From Hormoscilla sp. (GTDB lineage Bacteria; Cyanobacteriota; Cyanobacteriia; Cyanobacteriales; Desertifilaceae): DNA of 13,593 bases. This document shows, one piece after another, positions 7,434 to 13,593 of the stretch (within the stretch, counting starts at the first letter, position 1; each line of letters opens with the position of its first letter). The notes under the pieces were generated by a model. It had not been told where the DNA came from and did no database searches. It saw only the letters and a list, made by a program, of their open reading frames with translations. The DNA lies in NCBI GenBank assembly GCA_051439505.1, contig JBFRWI010000123.1, positions 1 to 13,593 on the forward strand, read 5' to 3'. The translations under genes were made by a program, and so were the position numbers.

Positions 7434-8672
7434 ATGTTCTCGATTCCTCTAATTCCATCGCAGCCACCTCCGATCGCCCTTGATATCTCCCAGGCGATCG
7501 CCCAAGTGGACGTTTTCGACCCTCAAATTTATCGGGGGGGAAAAACCGTCATCTATCCCGAATTTGTCCTGTCTACCCACAGCCTCTCTTTCGACGGACT
7601 GAAGACGCGACCCACCAACCGGATGGGCGATCCGTTTAATATCTCATTTTATGATTGGAATTCGGATGGCAAAAAAGCGATCGTAACCGTCCAAGTGACG
7701 CCGACTCAATATCACAATCAACATCCGAAATTTGCGATCGATGGTGGGGGACGTGCCTACCAACTTTCTCCCACCCCGGATTACGTGAAAGTGGATGGAA
7801 CATCGGTCATGAGTTCCGTACCTTTGAACTGGTACGGAAAGGGGCCGGTTGTGGCCTTGGGGTTGCGATCACGCACATTCATGATTCCCCTACTTCCCAA
7901 AACTAACTATCGCCAATCTATCGAGGAAATTGAGAAGCTGGGGGGTAAAGTTTTGGGCTTTTTGGGGACGGCGTTCAAAGGATTTGAGGCCAAAACCAAT
8001 CGACCCATGCCTTTATATTATACTTATCTCAATTTGAATAATTACCAGGGGTTGAATGGGGAAAAGGAAAAATATCCCGTGTATCGCAGTTCTGAAATCG
8101 CCGGACAAAGCGCCCCCAATATCCTGTTATCCGGGATCGTCACCTATCGGGACGGACATACGGAATATTTGGATTTTTCTCATCTGAAAGGGACGGGAAA
8201 CACGCCTGACGAACGGTTGGAAAGTATCAAAAAACAGATGCGCAAACATTTGGAAAAATTGGAGGGCGATCGGGATGTGGTGCAACTGACGATCGACACC
8301 CACGGCGTGATTCGTAAACCGGCAGATATCGCCGCCGTCTTCACCCGAGGGGGCGGGAAACGGGGCGGGCTGTTTTTGTTTTATGAAACGCAATCTGTGG
8401 GGCGGGCGGCGCGAGTTTTTAACAACAAAACTAAGGAATTTTTGGCTTCGATTATTACGCCTTCTCTGAAGATGGAAGATGTGTTGACAGTGGCGAAACG
8501 GCTGTATGGGGAAAATGCGGTCGTGCAATTTTTGGATGGAGATACGGCGGCGGCGGCACAATTTACCAGGGAAGATCCTACGAAAAAACTGCATATTTTG
8601 GACGATCGCGTTGTCAATGAGCATCGTTTCGGCCAGGTTCAGGGATTGCAATTGATCGTTTATTTTCCCTAA
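7434..8672 (+). CDS. Hypothetical protein, 412 aa, possibly a divergent phosphodiester glycosidase (NAGPA-like) fold
   Basis: Long ORF with its own promoter. The C-terminal GRAARVF...LKMEDVLTVAKRLYGENAVVQFLDGD loosely resembles NAGPA PRTAIG...LTLxELAxxLxxLG...NLDGGGS. The CDS is solid; the function is tentative. Confidence 0.8.
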   Translation: MFSIPLIPSQPPPIALDISQAIAQVDVFDPQIYRGGKTVIYPEFVLSTHSLSFDGLKTRPTNRMGDPFNISFYDWNSDGKKAIVTVQVTPTQYHNQHPKFAIDGGGRAYQLSPTPDYVKVDGTSVMSSVPLNWYGKGPVVALGLRSRTFMIPLLPKTNYRQSIEEIEKLGGKVLGFLGTAFKGFEAKTNRPMPLYYTYLNLNNYQGLNGEKEKYPVYRSSEIAGQSAPNILLSGIVTYRDGHTEYLDFSHLKGTGNTPDERLESIKKQMRKHLEKLEGDRDVVQLTIDTHGVIRKPADIAAVFTRGGGKRGGLFLFYETQSVGRAARVFNNKTKEFLASIITPSLKMEDVLTVAKRLYGENAVVQFLDGDTAAAAQFTREDPTKKLHILDDRVVNEHRFGQVQGLQLIVYFP

Positions 8673-8699
8673 AGCCCGCCTGAATTAAGAATAATACTC

Positions 8700-8718
8700 T
8701 TGCTTCCCCATTGTTAAT
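8700..8718 (+). repeat. 19-bp direct repeat, right copy
   Basis: Exact match to 6534-6552. Confidence 0.9.
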
Positions 8719-8797
8719 AGATTTTTGCTGTGGAACGATTAGGCAATGCGATCGGGATATCGTTCCAGCCGATCGCCCAAATCAGTTGTAAAAATTG

Positions 8798-8820
8798 AGA
8801 AACCCGGTTTCCGGGTTTCT
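8798..8820. terminator. Hairpin between convergent genes (possible terminator or AGAAACCCGGTTTC-type repeat)
   Basis: Perfect 10-bp stem AGAAACCCGG-TTT-CCGGGTTTCT, 40 bp past the phoX stop. No strong U-tract. Confidence 0.5.
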
Positions 8821-8860
8821 GGGCATCTTTTAGTTCGCCAATGGTGGGACAGGCGGAACC

Positions 8861-11038
8861 CTACAAGCGATGAATGGCGACAACGGCGGGTTTGGGCGGG
8901 TCGTTCGGTCCCTTACCGGGCCAGTTGGAACCGATCGGCACTTTCCGTTCTTGGATGAATTCCTGACCGTCGGGTAGTCTCATGGCAAATTGACGGACTT
9001 CTGCGGCCCCATTGCGACGCTGGCCATTCCTTTCCCCCGGATGCTGGAAAGCTAAGAATAATGTTTGTTGATCGGGGGTGAAGCATGGTCCGCAGGTTTC
9101 TGTCTCCATGGGCCCGATCGCGAAAGGATAAGCTTGGCCTGCATCAGGACCGGAGGTGGGAATAAACCAGGTGGTATTGTTGCCAAATACCCCCAGGACT
9201 TCATATTGGTTGACAGGGGTACCGTCAGGTTTCACTCGACTGGGCAGGGGTATGTTCTGACTGCCAGTACCGATGTCCGTTACCATCCAGATATTGCCAT
9301 CGCGATCGATCTCCAGGTTGTCGGGATTGGAAAAACCCAGACCGCCGTCCGCTGGTTCCCCCCCCATCGCTAGCATTTCCCAACGGAAAGTCATGGCAGA
9401 GGGTTCTAACCCATCTTCGGTCAGCCGCATTATCCAGCCATACTCGTAGGGAGACTCGCCGTTGGGTCCGATGAAGATATCCTTGTCAGGACCGCCACTA
9501 CGACTGGGACTCCCGGAGGTAAAGGCAATGTAAAGAGTGCCGTCCCTGGCAACATCGGTGTCTTCGGGACGGGCGGTGCAGGTGATCCCCGCCGCATTGG
9601 CAGCATAATGGGCATCAATCAGAATTGCTCCTTGTTTTTCTGTATAGTTGCCAAGGTAGAGATCCCCCAAGGTTTTAAATTGCTTGCCAAAGGCGATCGC
9701 CTGGGCATCGTTGTTCATCTTGACTAGGCCCCCTGCTGCCCGATCGGGGTTAGGCATAATGACATTGTTACCCAACACTTGACTGGGCAATACTGGATGT
9801 ACGGGAGTATTGGGGTTGAGGGCTATCCAACGACCCGTACCATCGGCATAGAACTTGGCACCATAAAGCATTCCCTCTGTCATCAGTTTACTGTTGGCCT
9901 TGTCTTGGGGGTGGCTGACAGAGTCTTTGCTGAGAAACTTGTAGAGATGTCCCCCCCGCCGATCGCATCCGGAATATACAGCTAGTTGCTTGCCAGATAC
10001 TGCCCTGACTGCTACGGCTTCGTGACGGAAACGTCCCAACCAGGTATGCTTGGTGCCATAATCATTGGGGTTGGCCGGATCTACTTCTACCATCCAACCA
10101 TACTTGTTCCCCGCCAGACCGAAAACATTCCCCTGACCTGCGATAAATCGATTATCTATATAGAAGCTATTCCGTGCGGGGTCCGCTGAGGAACCATCGG
10201 CCAACACTGGTTCGCTTACTTGGGCCTGGAAGTTTTCCTCTGCACTCAGAACTGTCCCCCAAGGGGTGGTTCCCCCAGCACAGTTGGCAAAGGTGCCGAT
10301 GATGCGTACACCTAACCCGTCCTCGTAACCTCTCTTCTGCTTTTTCTCGAACACGGCCACGGCGGGGCCTGTAGCTTTTAGGTAGCGTCCGTCTTGCCAA
10401 CCGGAGATACCTGTTATCCGGCGATCGGCCTTGGAAAAGGTGCGCGTCCATTTGCCATCGGAGTTGCGGGCCAGGGAAATTACCCCTATTCCCTGGTCTA
10501 TTAAACATTCCTGACAGATTTCCCGGATTTGAGCTTTCAAGGGGTTATCCTCGGATAGGGTTAAGGCATCGATCGGGCCTTGGGTGGCCGCGATCACTTC
10601 CTGAAAGGGTAGCGATCGCCCGATCGCCCCTCTGTAGGTCTGCATCCAGGTAAAGCCGCTGATATACTCGAAGTTGATCGTCAAGTATCCTCGATCGATG
10701 CCTGTTTTCACGAAGGATAGATAATCGTTGTTATAGCCGCAGCGTCCGTCACCTATCTTGTCCCCCCAGGCTGCGATCGGGTCATAGGTGAACCCTTCTG
10801 GCAGTACAATATCATCGACAACTTCGTAGCTGCTATAGGCGAGGATTTGCGCTGACGCTGGCTGGTCGTCTATCTCTAGGGGAATCGGCAGTTTAATGGG
10901 TTTAAAGCTCATGCCGGAGTTACCCTGGTTAAAAGGCATGGATAATTTCTGTCCCTGGTCCTTGCCGCAGGCCCCAAGGGCAATGGTGGCAGCGCCTGCA
11001 CCGAGGAACATTAAGAACTCTCTGCGTTTGACATTCAT
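8861..11038 (-). CDS. phoX: PhoX-family alkaline phosphatase (DUF839), Tat-exported probable lipoprotein, 725 aa
   Basis: MNVKRREFL twin-arginine motif, hydrophobic stretch, LGAC lipobox. PhoX motifs GYNND, NFEY, GTFANCAGGTTPWGTVLSAEEN, LGRFRHE, RPED, NPDNL, ETCGP, QHPGE. ATG 11038 preferred to GTG 11098. Confidence 0.95.
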   Translation of the reverse strand: MNVKRREFLMFLGAGAATIALGACGKDQGQKLSMPFNQGNSGMSFKPIKLPIPLEIDDQPASAQILAYSSYEVVDDIVLPEGFTYDPIAAWGDKIGDGRCGYNNDYLSFVKTGIDRGYLTINFEYISGFTWMQTYRGAIGRSLPFQEVIAATQGPIDALTLSEDNPLKAQIREICQECLIDQGIGVISLARNSDGKWTRTFSKADRRITGISGWQDGRYLKATGPAVAVFEKKQKRGYEDGLGVRIIGTFANCAGGTTPWGTVLSAEENFQAQVSEPVLADGSSADPARNSFYIDNRFIAGQGNVFGLAGNKYGWMVEVDPANPNDYGTKHTWLGRFRHEAVAVRAVSGKQLAVYSGCDRRGGHLYKFLSKDSVSHPQDKANSKLMTEGMLYGAKFYADGTGRWIALNPNTPVHPVLPSQVLGNNVIMPNPDRAAGGLVKMNNDAQAIAFGKQFKTLGDLYLGNYTEKQGAILIDAHYAANAAGITCTARPEDTDVARDGTLYIAFTSGSPSRSGGPDKDIFIGPNGESPYEYGWIMRLTEDGLEPSAMTFRWEMLAMGGEPADGGLGFSNPDNLEIDRDGNIWMVTDIGTGSQNIPLPSRVKPDGTPVNQYEVLGVFGNNTTWFIPTSGPDAGQAYPFAIGPMETETCGPCFTPDQQTLFLAFQHPGERNGQRRNGAAEVRQFAMRLPDGQEFIQERKVPIGSNWPGKGPNDPPKPAVVAIHRL

Positions 11039-11109
11039 AATCTTGCTCAATCGGATAATGTTATACCATTTTAATTTTTCGATGATACAGTTACTCACTT
11101 CGCTGTTAT

Positions 11110-11163
11110 CCCGCCGGGGGTTGCAAACCCCCGGCTAATAGCTGAAGTCGGTTAAAACCGACT
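11110..11163 (+). repeat. Family A element, copy 3 (intact)
   Basis: CCCGCCGGGGGTTGCAAACCCCCGGCTAATAGCTGAAGTCGGTTAAAACCGACT in the divergent phoX/DUF3352 spacer. Confidence 0.88.
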
Positions 11164-11300
11164 AATAAATAATGCTTGAAGTAATTGTAGCATCAGTTTC
11201 AGAATTTGTATTACCTGAGGTTATCTTTTTCTCTATTTACATCCTACTAGGTATTGTATACTTATCTCTCGACAAATCACTTTTCACCGAAAACAGAACA

Positions 11301-13010
11301 ATGAAGCGAAGTTCAATTTTTGCGGGTCTGGTAGCTATTGTACTGGTGTTATCCCTCGGCACTGGCGGTTTTTACTGGTGGAACTCCCAAAGTCGGACTG
11401 GGAAACTGCCCGAACAGGATAGCACGATGACTACTCCGACAACAGCAATGTTCGTGTCCAAAGAGGCCACGGCGATGCTGTCGCTGTTGGTTAATCCTCA
11501 GCAGTTTCCAACGTTGGGACAGTCAAAAGGTGATAGTTCTGGTGCCTACCTGGATCAAATTAAATCATCCCTGCTAGCTGCCTCGGGTTTAGATTACCAG
11601 AAATATATTGATCCTTGGGTAGGAGATGAAATCACTCTGGCAATTACTTCTCTGGATATCGATCGGGACTCGGACAATGGCCGTCAACCAGGTTATCTGT
11701 TGGTAGCGAGGACAAAAGATGGCCAGCGGGCCCGGGAACTGTTGGAACTGTTCTGGCAGCGTCAGGGGGTGGAGGGAAAAGATTTAGCATTTGCATCCTC
11801 TAATGATATTGAGATTATCTCCTGTAGTCAGCCATTGAATATCGCTACGGCGGTAGTGGGGGCGAAGTTTGTCTTGTTTGCTAACTATCCCAAGGTAATT
11901 CGGGAGGCGATTAATAATGTCCAGGTGCCTGACAGAAATATCACTAATCTGGCGAATTTTCAGGCGTCGGGAGATTTAACTGAAGCAAAGCAGGGCTTGA
12001 TTTATCTGAATATTCCTGGTGGTAAGCAGAAGATCCAGGGGGTTTATGATAGTCTGGCGATCGCCCTAAAAGTCAGCAAGCAGGGTTTGCTGGCATCCAC
12101 AACTTTGTTTGCCCCAGTTTCCCAGAAGTTGACGGCAACAGATCCAGCCTTTTCTCAGCCAGTGGAGGCGTTACAATATATTCCCAAGGGAAGTGCGATC
12201 GTAGCTGCGAGTAAAGACTTGGCAGGGATGTGGGAACAGTTGCAAAGGGGAATATCGGGTTACGAGTCCCTGGAAAATCTGGTCGGTCAGTCGATCGCGG
12301 ACTTGCAAACGCGCTGGGACATTGATTTACCCGCAGACGTATTTCAGGCTGTGCGCGGGGAGTATGCTGGGGGATTATGGCCTCGGAAAGAGGACCAAAC
12401 AGATTGGATTTTTGTGGCGGAAAAGTCGTCTGGAGAGACTCCCGAGTTGATGGCCCGTTTACAGTCGATCGCTCGGCAGCGAGGATATAATATCAAGGAA
12501 TTGCAGGTGGCAGGTATAGCAGTTTCGGCCTGGATAAAGTTACCAGAAAATGCCGAACTTCCCGCAGCAGAGTCGGAATTAAACGAGGAAGTGAGTAGTG
12601 CTACGGCAGTTGAGCAATTAAACGAACAAGTGAGTGAGGTTAGCGCTACCGCAGAAGAGGAATTAAACGAGGAAGTGAGTGGGGTTAGTGCTACGGTAGG
12701 AAAGTACGAGATATTTGCTACCTCCCTGGAAGCTATGGAGGCGGCAATTAATGCCCCCAAGGCTGGTTCTATACTGACTGGGAAGAGTTTTCAGGAGGGT
12801 ATTGCGCCCTTGGCCGAGTCGAATGATGGTTATTTCTATCTGGACTGGGTGGATGGTCAGGAGATCTGGGAACGTCAGGTGCCTTTGTTGAGGTTGGTGG
12901 AAGTCATAGGCAAACCCCTGTTCGAGAATTTGCGCAGTCTCACTATTAGCAGCTACGGTAGCGAGGTAGGGGAACGGAAAGCAGATATCTTTTTCCGTCT
13001 GGGAAAATGA
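11301..13010 (+). CDS. DUF3352-like cyanobacterial membrane-anchored protein, ~569 aa
   Basis: MKRSS plus a hydrophobic anchor. Motifs GLDY...PWVGDEITLAITSLDIDRD..NGRQPGYLL, FVLFANYPKVIREAINNVQ and NDGYFYLDW recalled from this family. ATG 11301 preferred to 11172. Confidence 0.82.
   Translation: MKRSSIFAGLVAIVLVLSLGTGGFYWWNSQSRTGKLPEQDSTMTTPTTAMFVSKEATAMLSLLVNPQQFPTLGQSKGDSSGAYLDQIKSSLLAASGLDYQKYIDPWVGDEITLAITSLDIDRDSDNGRQPGYLLVARTKDGQRARELLELFWQRQGVEGKDLAFASSNDIEIISCSQPLNIATAVVGAKFVLFANYPKVIREAINNVQVPDRNITNLANFQASGDLTEAKQGLIYLNIPGGKQKIQGVYDSLAIALKVSKQGLLASTTLFAPVSQKLTATDPAFSQPVEALQYIPKGSAIVAASKDLAGMWEQLQRGISGYESLENLVGQSIADLQTRWDIDLPADVFQAVRGEYAGGLWPRKEDQTDWIFVAEKSSGETPELMARLQSIARQRGYNIKELQVAGIAVSAWIKLPENAELPAAESELNEEVSSATAVEQLNEQVSEVSATAEEELNEEVSGVSATVGKYEIFATSLEAMEAAINAPKAGSILTGKSFQEGIAPLAESNDGYFYLDWVDGQEIWERQVPLLRLVEVIGKPLFENLRSLTISSYGSEVGERKADIFFRLGK
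12576..12701 (+). repeat. Three in-frame imperfect tandem repeats encoding E/QLNEE/QVS..SAT
   Basis: Units start at 12576, 12615 and 12660 (39- and 45-nt spacing). Confidence 0.85.
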
Positions 13011-13018
13011 TGGCAACT

Positions 13019-13060
13019 GTAGGTTGGGTTGACCTAAGAAACCACCTAAGAAACCCAACC
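13019..13060 (+). repeat. GTAG-type REP (family C) with a 12-bp internal duplication
   Basis: GTAGGTTGGGTTG-ACCTAAGAAACC-ACCTAAGAAACC-CAACC; similar to the reverse complement of 7268-7297. Confidence 0.75.
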
Positions 13061-13111
13061 TGAGATAAAGCACCATTGTCAATTAGTCAAGAACGTCTCC
13101 TGGCCCGCCTG

Positions 13112-13186
13112 GCCCGCCGGGGGTTCAAACCCCCGGCGTTACCAGGCAGAGCCAGGTAACGAGGCTTAAGTGGGTTAAAACCCACT
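13112..13186 (+). repeat. Family A element, copy 4, with a family B hairpin between its two stems
   Basis: CCCGCCGGGGGTTCAAACCCCCGGC + GTTACCAGGCAGAGCCAGGTAACGAG + GCTTAAGTGGGTTAAAACCCACT. Confidence 0.8.
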
Positions 13187-13214
13187 CTCTACATTGTCTA
13201 TAAAGCGTTTTCCC

Positions 13215-13263
13215 CTCGTTCCCTGGCGGAGCCAGGGAACGAGTTATAGAGGCTCTGCCTCTA
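13215..13263. repeat. Family B REP-like hairpins
   Basis: Perfect 13-bp stem CTCGTTCCCTGGC-GGA-GCCAGGGAACGAG (13215-13243) and TAGAGGC-TCT-GCCTCTA (13247-13263). Confidence 0.8.
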
Positions 13264-13310
13264 GTTGACAATGGTGCAAGATATGAACCGATGCACAGTA
13301 AGAGAATTTG

Positions 13311-13341
13311 TGCTAGAATAGGTGTGTTAGGAATTTGGAGG
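13311..13341 (+). promoter_or_regulatory. Extended -10 element and ribosome-binding site of the last gene
   Basis: TG-C-TAGAAT (13311-13319); GGAGG (13337-13341) upstream of the ATG at 13353. Confidence 0.55.
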
Positions 13342-13352
13342 AATAATAGAAA

Positions 13353-13589
13353 ATGTCGGATTTGCAAGCAGTAAGAAAACAAATATATAAGTTATCGGTG
13401 CTGGAACGGTTGGAGTTGCTAGAGGCGATCGCCCAGTCTCTGCAATCAGAACTCAGACCCCGTCCAAAATTGCCCGAAAATTTCCTCATGGAGATGCGGG
13501 GGTTGGGGAAAACTGATAATCCTCCTCCAACTGATGCAGAAGTGTCAGCGATGAAGGAAGAACGTTTAGTGGAGAAATACCTGAAATGA
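13353..13589 (+). CDS. Small hypothetical protein, probable antitoxin, 78 aa
   Basis: RBS present. LSVLERLELLEAIAQSL helix and PPTDAEV...EERLVEKY tail resemble small cyanobacterial proteins that precede PIN toxins. The stop overlaps the next start (ATGA, 13586-13589). Confidence 0.7.
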   Translation: MSDLQAVRKQIYKLSVLERLELLEAIAQSLQSELRPRPKLPENFLMEMRGLGKTDNPPPTDAEVSAMKEERLVEKYLK

Positions 13590-13593
13590 GATT

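Larger units (their letters stand above)
1358..13432. repeat. Dispersed HIP1 octamers GCGATCGC
   Basis: Exact copies start at 1358, 2110, 3048, 4778, 6574, 7494, 9693, 10612, 12057 and 13425, plus many CGATCG cores. Counted by eye, so a minimum. Confidence 0.9.

Noticed and set aside
11039..11300. Longer starts for phoX (11098) and DUF3352 (11172)
   Set aside because: They bury the Tat signal or membrane anchor behind extensions that look like AT-rich intergenic DNA.
13265..13270. Perfect TTGACA as a -35 element
   Set aside because: No -10 hexamer 16-18 bp downstream; TAGAAT is 43 bp away.
2605..13382. Other short antisense or out-of-frame ORFs inside the large genes and repeats
   Set aside because: They overlap well-supported genes or repeat DNA and show no recognisable motifs.

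Overview
Cyanobacterial chromosomal DNA: at least 10 exact HIP1 GCGATCGC sites and typical cyanobacterial REP/MITE-like repeats. Gene order: (1) a beta-class N4/N6 DNA methyltransferase running off the left edge (minus strand, missed by the ORF track); (2) a short frameshifted relic of a LanM/LanC C-terminus; (3) an alpha-2-macroglobulin (A2M)/thioester gene; (4) a Uma2 endonuclease; (5) a 412-aa orphan, possibly NAGPA-like; (6) a Tat-lipoprotein PhoX phosphatase (minus); (7) a DUF3352-like protein; (8) a small antitoxin-like gene probably coupled to a toxin beyond the right edge. The main point of interest is the A2M. The two listed ORFs are one 1485-codon frame (1702-6156) broken by a single in-frame TAG inside an enlarged bait region. 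It has no signal peptide or lipobox, carries an unusual CCEQ thioester motif, and lacks the usual partner genes, so it is a candidate cytoplasmic protease trap (inference). The intergenic DNA holds nested miniature elements, including a 139-bp MITE with a 6-bp target duplication, and an exact 19-bp direct repeat brackets the Uma2 and orphan genes. All calls come from reading the sequence by eye; no searches were run.
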